A stretch of DNA of 64,000 nucleotides from contig OZ024744.1 of assembly GCA_964016885.1 (NCBI GenBank), positions 40,486,001-40,550,000 on the forward strand. Direction: 5' to 3'. The position numbers and the translations under genes were made by a program. The DNA comes from Eledone cirrhosa (taxonomy: Eukaryota). The notes beneath the pieces were generated by a model. That model was not told where the DNA came from, searched no databases, and worked only from the letters and a program-made list of their open reading frames with translations. The stretch's first letter is position 1. Each line of letters opens with the position of its first letter. Positions 14,101-28,510 of the stretch are shown here, piece by piece.

Positions 14101-17100
14101 TTACAAAGTCTAGCTTGACTCAAGGTAATGGTAGTTTCCATCAACCCAGCTTTATTTACAAAGCCTAGCTTGACTCAAGGTAATGGTAGTTTCCATCAAC
14201 CCAGCTTTATTTACAAAGCCTACCTTGACCCAAGATAATGGTAGTTTCCATCAATGCAGCTTTACTTACAAAGCCTAGCTTGACTCAAGATAATGGCAGT
14301 TTCCATCAACCCAGCTTTATTTACAAAGCATAGCTTGACCCAAGGTAATGGTAGTTTCCATCAACCCAGCTTTATTTAAAAAGCCTAGCTTGACTCAAGG
14401 TAATGGTATTTACATCAACCCAGCTTTATTTACAAAGCCTAGCTTGATCCAAGGTAATGGTAGTTTCCATCAACCCAGCTTTATTTACAAAGCCTTACTT
14501 GACTCAAGGTAATGGTAGTTTCTATCAACCCAGCTTTATTTACAGAGCCTAGCTTGACTCAAGGTAATGGTAGTTTCCATCAACCCAGCTTTATTTACAA
14601 AGCCTAGCTTGACTCAAGGTAATGGTAGTATCCATCAACCCTTCTTTATTTACAAAGCTTAGCTTGATCCAAGGTAATGGTAGTTACCATCAACCGTGCT
14701 TTATTTACAAAGCCTATCTTGACTCAAGGTAATGGTAGTTTACATCAACCCAGCTTTATTTACGATGCCTAGCTTGACTCAAGGTAATGGTAGTTTCCAT
14801 TAACCCAGCTTTATTTACAAAGCCTAGCTTGACCCAAGGTAATGGTAGTTTCCATCAACCCAGCTTTATTTACAAAGCCTAGCTTGACTCAAGGTAATGG
14901 TAGTTTCCATCAACCCAACTTTATTTACAAAGTCTAGCTTGACTCAAGGTAATGGTAGATTCCATCAACCCAACTTTATTACAAAGCCTAGCTTGACCCA
15001 AGGTAATGGTAGTTTCCATAAACCCAGCTTTATTTACAAAGCCTAGCTTGACTCAAGGTAATGGTAGTTTCAATCAACCCAGCTTTATTGACAAAGCCTA
15101 ACTTGACTCAAGGTAATGGTAGTTTCCATCAACTAAGCATTATTTACCATGCCTAGCTTGACTCAAGGTAATGGTAGATTCCATCAACTCAACTTTATTT
15201 ACAAAGCCTAGCTTGACTCAAGGTAATGGTAGATTCCATCAACCCAACTTTATTTACAAAGCCTAGCTTGACTCAAGGTAATGGTAGATTCCATCAACCC
15301 AGCTTTATAAAAAACCTAGCTTGACTCAAGGTAATGGTAGTTTCCATCAACCCAGCTTTATTTACAAAGCCTAGCTTGACTCAAGGTAATGGTAGTTTCC
15401 ATCAACCCAGCTTTATTTACAAAGCCTAGCTTGACCCAAGATAATGGTAGTTTCCATCAATGCAGCTTTATTTACAAAGCCTATCTTGACTCAATGTAAT
15501 GGTAGTTTCCATCAACCCAGCTTTATTTACAAAGCCTAGCTTGACTCAAGGTAATGGTAGTTTCCATCAACCCAGCTTTATTTACAAAGCCTAGCTTGAC
15601 CCAAGATAATGGTAGTTTCCATCAATGCAGCTTTATTTACAAAGCTATCTTGACTCAATGAAATTGTAGTTTCCATCAACCCAGCTTTAGTTACAAAGCC
15701 TTACTTGACTCAAGATAATGGTAGATTCCATCACCCCAGCTTTATTTACAAAGCATAGCTTGACTCAAGGTAATGGTAGATTCCATCAACCCAGCTTTAT
15801 TTACAAAGCCTAGCTTGACTCAAGGTAATGGTAGTTTCCATCAACCCAACTTTATTTACAAAGACTAGCTTGACTCAAGGTAATGGTAGATTCTATCAAC
15901 CCAGCTTTATTACAAAGCCTAGCTTGACCCAAGGTAATGGTAGTTTCCATCAACCCAGTTTTATTTACAAAGCCTAGCTTGACACAAGGTAGGGGTAGTT
16001 TCCATCAACCCAGCTTTATTTACAATGCCTAGCTTGACCGAAGGTAATGTTAGTTTCCATCTAACCAGCTGTATATACAAAGTCTAGCTTGACTCAAGGT
16101 AATGGTAGTTTCCATCAACCCAGCTTTATTTACAAAGCCTAGCTTGACTCAAAGTAATGGTAGTTTCCATCAACCCAGCTTTATTTACAAAGCCTAGCTT
16201 GACCCAAGATAATGGTAGTTTCCATCAATGCAGCTTTATTTACAAAGCCTAGCATGACTCAATGTAATTGTAGTTTCCATCAACCCAGCTTTATTTACAA
16301 AGCCTAGCTTGACTCAAGAGAATGGTAGATTCCATCAACCCAGCTTTATTTACAAAGCATAGCTTGACCCAAGGTAATGGTAGTTTCCATCAACCCAGCT
16401 TTATTTAAAAAGCCTAGCTTGACTCAAGGTAATGGTATTTACATCAACCCAGCTTTATTTACAAAGCCTAGCTTGACTCAAGGTAATGGTAGATTCCATC
16501 AACCCAGCTTTATTTACAAAGCCTAGCTTGACTCAAGGTAATGGTAGTTTCCATCAACCCAACTTTATCTACAAAGCCTAGCTTGACTCAAGGTAATGGT
16601 AGATTCCATCAACCCAGCTTTATTACAAAGCCTAGCTTGACTCAAGGTAATGGTAGTTTCCATCAACCCAGCTTTATTTACAAAGCCTAGCTTGACATAA
16701 GGTAATGGTAGTTTCCATCAACCCAGCTTTATTTACAAAGCCTAGCTTGACACAAGGTAATGGTAGTTTCCATCAACCCAGCTTTATTTACAATGCCTAG
16801 CTTGACCGAAGGTAATGGTAGTTTCCATCTAACCAGCTGTATTTACAAAGTCTAGCTTGACTCAAGGTAATGGTAGTTTCCATCAACCCAGCTTTATTTA
16901 CAAAGCCTAGCTTGACTCAAGGTAATGGTAGTTTCCATCAACCCAGCTTTATTTACAAAGCCTACCTTGACCCAAGATAATGGTAGTTTCCATCAATGCA
17001 GCTTTACTTACAAAGCCTAGCTTGACTCAAGATAATGGTAGTTTCTATCAACCCAGCTTTATTTACAAAGCATAGCTTGACCCGAGGTCATGGTAGTTTC

Positions 17101-18801
17101 CATCAACCCAGCTTTATTTAAAAAGCCTAGCTTGACCCAAGGTAATGGTATTTACATCAACCCAGCTTTATTTACAAAGCCTAGCTTGATCCAAGGTAAT
17201 GGTAGTTTCCATCAACCCAGCTTTATTTACAAAGCCTTACTTGACTCAAGGTAATGGTAGTTTCTATCAACCCAGCTTTATTTACAGAGCCTAGCTTGAC
17301 TCAAGGTAATGGTAGTTTCCATCAACCCAGCTTTATTTACAAAGCCTAGCTTGACTCAAGGTAATGGTAGTTTCCATCAACCCTGCTTTATATACAAAGC
17401 TTAGCTTGATCCAAGGTAATGGTAGTTACCATCAACCGTGCTTTATTTACAAAGCCTATCTTGACTCAAGGTAATGGTAGTTTACATCAACCCAGCTTTA
17501 TTTACGATGCCTAGCTTGACTCAAGGTAATGGTAGTTTCCATTAACTCAGCTTTATTTACAAAGCCTAGCTTGACCCAAGGTAATGGTAGTTTCCATCAA
17601 CCCAGCTTTATTTACAAAGCCTAGCTTGACTCAAGGTAATGGTAGTTTCCATCAACCCAGCTTTATTTACAAAGCCTAGCTTGACTCAAGGTAATGGTTG
17701 TTTCCATCAACCCAGCTTTATTTATAATACCTAGCTTGACTCAAGGTAATGGTAGTTTCCATCAACCCAACTTTATTTAGAAAGCCTAACTTGACTCAAG
17801 GTAATGGTAGATTCCATCATCCCTGCTTTATTTACAAAGCCTAGCTTGACTCAAGGTAATGGTAGTTTCCATCAACCCAACTTTATTTACAAAGTCTAGC
17901 TTGACTCAAGGTAATAGTAGATTCCATCAACCCAACTTTATTTACAAAGCCTAGCTTGACTCAAGGTAATGGTAGTTTCCATCAACCCAGCTTTATTTAC
18001 AAAGCCTAGCTTGACTCAAGGTAATGGTAGTTTCCATCAACCCAGCTTTATTTACAAAGCCTAGCTTGACTCAAGGTAATGGTAGTTTCCATCAACCCAG
18101 CTTTATTTACAAAGCCTAACTTTACTCAAGGTAATGGTAGTTTCCATCAACTAAGCATTATTTACCATGCCTAGCTTGACTCAAGGTAATGATAGATTCC
18201 ATCAACCCAGCTTTATTTACAAAGCCTAGCTTGACTCAAGGTAATGGTAGATTCCATCAACCCAGCTTTATTACAAAGCCTAGCTTGACTCAAGGTAATG
18301 GTAGTTTCCATCAACCCAGCTTTATTTACAAAGCCTAGCTTGACCCAAGGTAATGGTAGTTTCCATCAACCCAGCTATATTTACAAAGCCTAGCTTGACA
18401 CAAGGTAATGGTAGTTTCCATCAACCCAGCTTTATTTACAAAGCCTAGCTTGACTCAAGGTAATGGTAGTTTCCATCAACCCAGCTTTATTTACAAAGCC
18501 TAGCTTGACCCAAGATAATGGTAGTTTCCATCAATGCAGCTTTATTTACAAAGCCTATCTTGACTCAATGTAATGGTAGTTTCCATCAACCCAGCTTTAG
18601 TTACAAAGCCTTACTTGACTCAAGATAATGGTAGATTCCATCACGCCAGCTTTATTTACAAAGCATAGCTTGACTCAAGGTAATGGTAGATTCCATCAAC
18701 CCAGCTCTATTTACAAAGCCTAGCTTGACTCAAGGTAATGGTAATTTCCATCAACCCAACTTTATTTAGAAAGCCAAGCTTGACTCAAGGTAATGGTAGA
18801 T
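4082..18801. repeat. Higher-order tandem duplication, period 7353 bp (7408 bp after a one-monomer insertion near 13.9 kb), 2 copies
   Basis: TTCGATC 4811/12164 (offset 7353). ACAAAGCTAT 8231/15639, CCCGAGGTCA 9676/17084 and CACGCC 11237/18645 all have offset 7408. Confidence 0.92.
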
Positions 18802-21329
18802 TCCATCAACCCAGCTTTATTTACAAAGCCTAGCTTGACACAAGGTAAGGGTAGTTTCCATCAACCCAGCTTTATTTACAATGCCTAGCTTGACCGAAGG
18901 TAATGTTAGTTTCCATCTAACCAGCTGTATTTACAAAGTCTAGCTTGACTCAAGGTAATGGTAGTTTCCATCAACCCAGCTTTATTTACAAAGCCTAGCT
19001 TGACTCAAGGTAATGGTAGTTTCCATCAACCCAGCTCTATTTACAAAGCCTAGCTTGACTCAAGGTAATGGTAGTTTCCATCAACCCAGCTTTATTTACA
19101 AAGCTTAGCTTGACCCAAGATAATGGTAGTTTCCATCAATGCAGCTTTACTTACAAAGCGTAGCTTGACTCAAGGTAATGGTAGTTTCCATCAACCCAGC
19201 TTTACTTACAAAGCCTAGCTTGACTCAAGATAATGGTAGTTTCCATCAACCCAGCTTTATTTACAATGCCTAGCTTGACTCAATGTACTTGTAGTTTCCA
19301 TCAACCCAGCTTTATTTACAAAGCATAGCTTGAGCCAAGGTAATGGTAGTTTCCATCAACACAGCTTTATTTAAAAAGCCTAGCTTGACTCAATGTTATT
19401 GTAGTTTCCATCAACCCAGCTTTATTTACAATGCCTAGCTTGACCGAAGGTAATGTTAGTTTCCATCTAACCAGCTGTATTTACAAAGTCTAGCTTGACT
19501 CAAGGTAATGGTAGTTTCCATCAACCCAGCTATATTTACAAAGCCTAGCTTGACTCAATGTAATGGTAGTTTCCATCAACCCAGCTTTATTTACAATGCC
19601 TAGCTTGACCGAAGGTAATGTTAGTTTCCATCTAACCAGCTGTATTTACAAAGTCTAGCTTGACTCAAGGTAATGGTAGTTTCCATCAACCCTGCTTTAC
19701 TTATAAAGCTTAGCTTGATCCAAGGTAATGGTAGTTACCATCAACCGTGCTTTATTTACAAAGCCTATCTTGACTCAAGCTAATGGTAGTTTACATCAAC
19801 CCAGCTTTATTTACGATGCCTAGCTTGACTCAAGGTAATGGTAGTTTCCATTAACCCAGCTTTATTTACAAAGCCTAGCTTGACCCAAGGTAATGGTAGT
19901 TTCCATCAACCCAGCTTTATTTACAAAGCCTAGCTTGACTCAAGGTAATGGTAGTTTCCATCAACCCAGCTTTATTTAGAAAGCCTAGCTTGACTCAAGG
20001 TAATGGTTGTTTCCATCAACCCAGCTTTATTTATAATACCTAGCTTGACTCAAGGTAATGGTAGTTTCCATCAACCCAACTTTATTTAGAAAGCCTAGCT
20101 TGACTCAAGGTAGATTCCATCATCCCTGCTTTATTTACAAAGCCTAGCTTGACTCAAGGTAATGGTAGTTTCCATCAACCAAGCTTTATTTACAAAGCCT
20201 AGCTTGACTCAAGGTAATGGTAGTTTCCATCAACGCAGCTTTATTTACAACGCCTAACTTGACTCAAGGTAATGGTAGTTTCCATCAACTAAGCAATATT
20301 TACCATGCCTAGCTTGACTCAAGGTAATGGTAGATTCCATCAACCCAGCTTTATTTACAAATCCTAGCTTGACTCAAGGTAATGGTAGATTCCATCAACC
20401 CAACTTTATTTACAACAGCCTAGCTTGACTCAAAGTAATGGTAGATTCCATCAACCCAGCTTTATTTACAAAGCCTAGCTTGACTCAAGGTAATGGTAGT
20501 TTCCATCAACCCAGCTTTATTTTCAAAGCCTAGCTTGACCCAAGATAATGGTAGTCTCCATCAATGCAGCTTTATTTACAAAGCCTATCTTGACTCAATG
20601 TAATGGTAGTTTCCATCAACCCAGCTTTATTTACAATGCCTAGCTTGACTCAATGTAATTGTAGTTTCCATCAACCCAGCTTTATTTACAAAGCCTAGCT
20701 TGATCCAAGGTAATGGTAGTTTCCATCAACCCAGATTTATTCACAAAGCCTTACTTGACTCAAGGTAATGGTAGTTTCTATCAACCCAGCTTTATTTACA
20801 AAGCCTAGCTTGACCCAAGATAATGGTAGTTTCCATCAATGCAGCTTTACTTACAAAGCCTAGCTTGACTCAAGGTAATGGTAGTTTCCATCAACCCAGC
20901 TTTACTTACAAAGCCTAGCTTGACTCAAGATAATGGTAGTTTCCATCAACCCAGCTTTATTTACAAACCTAGCTTGACACAAGGTAAGGGTAGTTTCCAT
21001 CAACCCAGCTTTATTTACAATGCCTAGCTTGACCGAAGGTAATGTTAGTTTCCATCTAACCAGCTGTATTTACAAAGTCTAGCTTGACTCAAGGTAATGG
21101 TAGTTTCCATCAACCCAGCTTTATTTAAAATGCCTAGCTTGACTCAATGTAATGGTAGTTTCCATCAACCCAGCTTTATTTACAATGCCTAGCTTGACCG
21201 AAGGTAATGTTAGTTTCCATCTAACCAGCTGTATTTACAAAGTCTAGCTTGACTCAAGGTAATGGTAGTTTCCATCAACCCAGCTTTATTTACAAAGCCT
21301 AGCTTGACTCAATGTAATGGTAGTTTCCA

Positions 21330-22350
21330 TCAACCCAGCTTTATTTACAATGCCTAGCTTGACCGAAGGTAATGTTAGTTTCCATCTAACCAGCTGTATT
21401 TACAAAGTCTAGCTTGACTCAAGGTAATGGTAGTTTCCATCAACCCAGCTTTATTTACAAAGCCTAGCTTGATCCAAGGTAATGGTAGTTTCCATCAACC
21501 CAGCTTTATTCACAAAGCCTTACTTGACTCAAGGTAATGGTAGTTTCTATCAACCCAGCTTTATTTACAAAGCCTAGCTTGACCCAAGATAATGGTAGTT
21601 TCCATCAATGCAGCTTTACTTACAAAGCCTAGCTTGACTCAAGGTAATGGTAGTTTCCATCAACCCAGCTTTACTTACAAAGCCTAGCTTGACTCAAGAT
21701 AATGGTAGTTTACATCAACCCAGCTTTATTTACGAACCTAGCTTGACACAAGTTAAGGGTAGTTTCCATCAACCCAGCTTTATTTACAATGCCTAGCTTG
21801 ACCGAAGGTAATGTTAGTTTCCATCTAACCAGCTGTATTTACAAAGTCTAGCTTGACTCAAGGTAATGGTAGTTTCCATCAACCCAGCTTTATTTACAAA
21901 GCCTAGCTTGATCCAAGGTAATGGTAGTTTCCATCAACCCAGCTTTATTCACAAAGCCTTACTTGACTCAAGGTAATGGTAGTTTCTATCAACCCAGCTT
22001 TATTTACAAAGCCTAGCTTGACCCAAGATAATGGTAGTTTCCATCAATGCAGCTTTACTTACAAAGCCTAGCTTGACTCAAGGTAATGGTAGTTTCCATC
22101 AACCCAGCTTTACTTACAAAGCCTAGCTTGACTCAAGATAATGGTAGTTTACATCAACCCAGCTTTATTTACGAACCTAGCTTGACACAAGTTAAGGGTA
22201 GTTTCCATCAACCCAGCTTTATTTACAATGCCTAGCTTGACCGAAGGTAATGTTAGTTTCCATCTAACCAGCTGTATTTACAAAGTCTAGCTTGACTCAA
22301 GGTAATGGTAGTTTCCATCAACCCAGCTTTATTTACAAAGCCTAGCTTGA
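21330..22350. repeat. Local 8-monomer (439 bp) tandem duplication
   Basis: The marker ACGAACCTAGCTTGACACAAGTTAAGGG occurs at 21732 and 22171 (offset 439 = 8x55-1) with the same flanking monomer order. Boundaries are approximate. Confidence 0.88.
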
Positions 22351-22682
22351 CTCAAGGTAATGGTAGTTTCCATCAACCTAGCTTTATTTACAAAGCCTAG
22401 CTTGACTCAAAGTAATGGTAGTTTCCATCAACCCAGCTTTATTTACAAAGCCTAGCTTGACCCAAGATAATGGTAGTTTCCATCAATGCAGCTTTATTTA
22501 CAAAGCCTAGCATGACTCAATGTAATTGTAGTTTCCATCAACCCAGCTTTATTTACAAAGCCTAGCTTGACTCAAGGTAATGGTAGTTTTCATCAACCCA
22601 GCTTTATTTACAAAGCCTAACTTGACTCAAGGTAATGGTAGTTTCCTTCAACTAAGCATTATTTACCATGCCTAGCTTGACT

Positions 22683-25600
22683 CAAGGTAATGGTAGATTC
22701 CATCAACCCAGCTTTATTTACAAAGCCTAGCTTGACTCAAGGTAATGGTAGATTCCATCAACCCAACTTTATTTACAAAGCCTAGCTTGACTCAAGGTAA
22801 TGGTAGATTCCATCAACCCAGCTTTATTACAAAGCCTAGCTTGACTCAAGGTAATGGTAGTTTCCATCAACCCAGCTTTATTTACAAAGCCTAGCTTGAC
22901 CCAAGGTAATGGTAGTTTCCATCAACCCAGCTATATTTACAAAGCCTAGCTTGACACAAGGTAATGGTAGTTTCCATCAACCCAGCTTTATTTACAATGC
23001 CTAGCTTGACCGAAGGTAATGGTAGTTTCAATCTAACCAGCTGTATTTACAAAGTCTAGCTTGACTCAAGGTAATGGTAGTTTCCATCAACCCAGCTTTA
23101 TTTACAAAGCCTAGCTTGACTCAAGGTAATGGTAGTTTCCATCAACCCAGCTTTATTTACAAAGCCTAGCTTGACTCAAGGTAATGGTAGTTTCCATCAA
23201 CCCAGCTTTATTTACAAAGCCTAGCTTGACCCAAGATAATGGTAGTTTCCATCAATGCAGCTTTATTTACAAAGCCTATCTTGACTCAATGTAATGGTAG
23301 TTTCCATCAACCCAGCTTTATTTACAAAGCCTAGCTTGACTCAAGGTAATGGTAGTTTCCATCAACCCAGCTTTATTTACAAAGCCTAGCTTGACCCAAG
23401 ATAATGGTAGTTTCCATCAATGCAGCTTTATTTACAAAGCCTATCTTGACTGAATGAAATTGTAGTTTCCATCAACCCAGCTTTAGTTACAAAGCCTTAC
23501 TTGACTCAAGATAATGGTAGATTCCATCACCCCAGCTTTATTTACAAAGCATAGCTTGACTCAAGGTAATGGTAGATTCCATCAACCCAGCTCTATTTAC
23601 AAAGCCTAGCTTGACTCAAGGTAATGGTAATTTCCATCAACCCAACTTTATTTAGAAAGCCAAGCTTGACTCAAGGTAATGGTAGATTCCATCAACCCAG
23701 CTTTATTTACAAAGCCTAGCTTGACTCAAGGTAATGGTAGTTTCCATCAACCCAACTTTATTTACAAAGTCTAGCTTGACTCAAGGTAATGGTAGATTCT
23801 ATCAACCCAGCTTTATTACAAAGCCTAGCTTGACCCAAGGTAATGGTAGTTTCCATCAACCCAGTTTTATTTACAAAACCTAGCTCGACACAAGGTAAGG
23901 GTAGTTTCCATCAACCCAGCTTTATTTACAATGCCTAGCTTGACCGAAGGTAATGTTAGTTTCCATCTAACCAGCTGTATTTACAAAGTCTAGCTTGACT
24001 CAACGTAATGGTAGTTTCCATCAACCCAGCTTTATTTACAAAGCCTAGCTTGACTCAAGGTAATGGTAGTTTCCATCAACCCAGCTTTATTTACAAAGCC
24101 TAGCTTGACTCAAGGTAATGGTAGTTTCCATCAACCCAGCTTTATTTACAATGCCTAGCTTGACTCAATGTAATTGTAGTTTCCATCAACCCAGCTTTAT
24201 TTACAAAGCATAGCTTGACCCAAGGTAATGGTAGTTTCCATCAACACAGCTTTATTTAAAAAGCCTAGCTTGACTCAATGTTATTGTAGTTTCCATCAAC
24301 CCAGCTTTATTTACAATGCCTAGCTTGACCGAAGGTAATGTTAGTTTCCATCTAACCAGCTGTATTTACAAAGTCTAGCTTGACTCAATGTAATGGTAGT
24401 TTCCATCAACCCAGCTATATTTACAAAGCCTAGCTTGACTCAATGTAATGGTAGTTTCCATCAACCCAGCTTTATTTACGATGCCTAGCTTGACTCAAGG
24501 TAATGGTAGTTTCCATTAACCCAGCTTTATTTACAAAGCCTAGCTTGACCCAAGGTAATGGTAGTTTCCATCAACCCAGCTTTATTTACAAAGCCTAGCT
24601 TGACTCAAGGTAATGGTAGTTTCCATCAACCCAGCTTTATTTACAAAGCCTAGCTTGACTCAAGGTAATGGTTGTTTCCATCAACCCAGCTTTATTTATA
24701 ATACCTAGCTTGACTCAAGGTAATGGTAGTTTCCATCAACCCAACTTTATTTAGAAAGCCTAGCTTGACTCAAGGTAATGGTAGATTCCATCATCCCTGC
24801 TTTATTTACAAAGCCTAGCTTGACTCAAGGTAATGGTAGATTCCATCAACCCAACTTTATTACAAAGCCTAGCTTGACCCAAGGTAATGGTAGTTTCCAT
24901 AAACCCAGCTTTATTTACAAAGCCTAGCTTGACTCAAGGTAATGGTAGTTTCCATCAACCAAGCTTTATTTACAAAGCCTAGCTTGACTCAAGGTAATGG
25001 TAGATTCCATCAACCCAACTTTATTTACAAAGTCTAGCTTGACTCAAGGTAATGGTAGATTCTATCAACCCAGCTTTATTACAAAGCCTAGCTTGACCCA
25101 AGGTAATGGTAGTTTCCATCAACCCAGTTTTATTTACAAAACCTAGCTCGACACAAGGTAAGGGTAGTTTCCATCAACCCAGCTTTATTTACAATGCCTA
25201 GCTTGACCGAAGGTAATGTTAGTTTCCATCTAACCAGCTGTATTTACAAAGTCTAGCTTGACTCAAGGTAATGGTAGTTTCCATCAACCCAGCTTTATTT
25301 ACAAAGCCTAGCTTGACTCAAGGTAATGGTAGTTTCCATCAACCCAGCTTTATTTACAAAGCCTAGCTTGACTCAAGGTAATGGTAGTTTCCATCAACCC
25401 AGCTTTATTTACAATGCCTAGCTTGACTCAATGTAATTGTAGTTTCCATCAACCCAGCTTTATTTACAAAGCATAGCTTGACCCAAGGTAATGGTAGATT
25501 CCATCAACCCAGCTTTATTTACAAAGCCTAGCTTGACTCAAGGTAATGGTAGATTCCATCAACCCAACTTTATTTACAAAGCCTAGCTTGACTCAAGGTA

Positions 25601-28510
25601 ATGGTAGATTCCATCAACCCAGCTTTATTACAAAGCCTAGCTTGACTCAAGGTAATGGTAGTTTCCATCAACCCAGCTTTATTTACAAAGCCTAGCTTGA
25701 CCCAAGGTAATGGTAGTTTCCATCAACCCAGCTATATTTACAAAGCCTAGCTTGACACAAGGTAATGGTAGTTTCCATCAACCCAGCTTTATTTACAATG
25801 CCTAGCTTGACCGAAGGTAATGGTAGTTTCAATCTAACCAGCTGTATTTACAAAGTCTAGCTTGACTCAAGGTAATGGTAGTTTCCATCAACCCAGCTTT
25901 ATTTACAAAGCCTAGCTTGACTCAAGGTAATGGTAGTTTCCATCAACCCAGCTTTATTTACAAAGCCTAGCTTGACTCAAGGTAATGGTAGTTTCCATCA
26001 ACCCAGCTTTATTTACAAAGCCTAGCTTGACCCAAGATAATGGTAGTTTCCATCAATGCAGCTTTATTTACAAAGCCTATCTTGACTCAATGTAATGGTA
26101 GTTTCCATCAACCCAGCTTTATTTACAAAGCCTAGCTTGACTCAAGGTAATGGTAGTTTCCATCAACCCAGCTTTATTTACAAAGCCTAGCTTGACCCAA
26201 GATAATGGTAGTTTCCATCAATGCAGCTTTATTTACAAAGCCTATCTTGACTGAATGAAATTGTAGTTTCCATCAACCCAGCTTTAGTTACAAAGCCTTA
26301 CTTGACTCAAGATAATGGTAGATTCCATCACCCCAGCTTTATTTACAAAGCATAGCTTGACTCAAGGTAATGGTAGATTCCATCAACCCAGCTCTATTTA
26401 CAAAGCCTAGCTTGACTCAAGGTAATGGTAATTTCCATCAACCCAACTTTATTTAGAAAGCCAAGCTTGACTCAATGTAATGGTAGATTCCATCAACCCA
26501 GCTTTATTTACAAAGCCTAGCTTGACTCAAGGTAATGGTAGTTTCCATCAACCCAACTTTATTTACAAAGTCTAGCTTGACTCAAGGTAATGGTAGATTC
26601 TATCAACCCAGCTTTATTACAAAGCCTAGCTTGACCCAAGGTAATGGTAGTTTCCATCAACCCAGTTTTATTTACAAAACCTAGCTCGACACAAGGTAAG
26701 GGTAGTTTCCATCAACCCAGCTTTATTTACAATGCCTAGCTTGACCGAAGGTAATGTTAGTTTCCATCTAACCAGCTGTATTTACAAAGTCTAGCTTGAC
26801 TCAAGGTAATGGTAGTTTCCATCAACCCAGCTTTATTTACAAAGCCTAGCTTGACTCAAGGTAATGGTAGTTTCCATCAACCCAGCTTTATTTACAAAGC
26901 CTAGCTTGACTCAAGGTAATGGTAGTTTCCATCAACCCAGCTTTATTTACAATGCCTAGCTTGACTCAATGTAATTGTAGTTTCCATCAACCCAGCTTTA
27001 TTTACAAAGCATAGCTTGACCCAAGGTAATGGTAGTTTCCATCAACACAGCTTTATTTAAAAAGCCTAGCTTGACTCAATGTTATTGTAGTTTCCATCAA
27101 CCCAGCTTTATTTACAATGCCTAGCTTGACCGAAGGTAATGTTAGTTTCCATCTAACCAGCTGTATTTACAAAGTCTAGCTTGACTCAATGTAATGGTAG
27201 TTTCCATCAACCCAGCTATATTTACAAAGCCTAGCTTGACTCAATGTAATGGTAGTTTCCATCAACCCAGCTTTATTTACAATGCCTAGCTTGACCGAAG
27301 GTAATGTTAGTTTCCATCTAACCAGCTGTATTTACAAAGTCTAGCTTGACTCAAGGTAATGGTAGTTTCCATCAACCCTGCTTTATTTATAAAGCTTAGC
27401 TTGATCCAAGGTAATGGTAGTTACCATCAACCGTGCTTTATTTACAAAGCCTATCTTGACTCAAGGTAATGGTAGTTTACATCAACCCAGCTTTATTTAC
27501 GATGCCTAGCTTGACTCAAGGTAATGGTAGTTTCCATTAACCCAGCTTTATTTACAAAGCCTAGCTTGACCCAAGGTAATGGTAGTTTCCATCAACCCAG
27601 CTTTATTTACAAAGCCTAGCTTGACTCAAGGTAATGGTAGTTTCCATCAACCCAGCTTTATTTACAAAGCCTAGCTTGACTCAAGGTAATGGTTGTTTCC
27701 ATCAACCAAGCTTTATTTATAATACCTAGCTTGACTCAAGGTAATGGTAGTTTCCATCAACCCAACTTTATTTAGAAAGCCTAGCTTGACTCAAGGTAAT
27801 GGTAGATTCCATCATCCCTGCTTTATTTACAAAGCCTAGCTTGACTCAAGATAATGGTAGATTCCATCAACCCAACTTTATTACAAAGCCTAGCTTGACC
27901 CAAGGTAATGGTAGTTTCCATAAACCCAGCTTTATTTACAAAGCCTAACTTGACTCAAGGTAATGGTAGTTTCCATCAACCAAGCTTTATTTACAAAGCC
28001 TAGCTTGACTCAAGGTAATGGTAGATTCCATCAACCCAACTTTATTTACAAAGTCTAGCTTGACTCAAGGTAATGGTAGATTCTATCAACCCAGCTTTAT
28101 TACAAAGCCTAGCTTGACCCAAGGTAATGGTAGTTTCCATCAACCCAGTTTTATTTACAAAACCTAGCTCGACACAAGGTAAGGGTAGTTTCCATCAACC
28201 CAGCTTTATTTACAATGCCTAGCTTGACCGAAGGTAATGTTAGTTTCCATCTAACCAGCTGTATTTACAAAGTCTAGCTTGACTCAAGGTAATGGTAGTT
28301 TCCATCAACCCAGCTTTATTTACAAAGCCTAGCTTGACTCAAGGTAATGGTAGTTTCCATCAACCCAGCTTTATTTACAAAGCCTAGCTTGACTCAAGGT
28401 AATGGTAGTTTCCATCAACCCAGCTTTATTTACAATGCCTAGCTTGACTCAATGTAATTGTAGTTTCCATCAACCCAGCTTTATTTACAAAGCATAGCTT
28501 GACCCAAGGT
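22683..28510. repeat. Higher-order duplication, offset 2801 bp then 3021 bp (4-monomer indel between copies)
   Basis: TGAATGAAAT 23451/26252 and AACACAGC 24246/27047 (offset 2801). ACGATGCC 24480/27501 and ACCTAGCTCG 25141/28162 (offset 3021). Confidence 0.85.
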
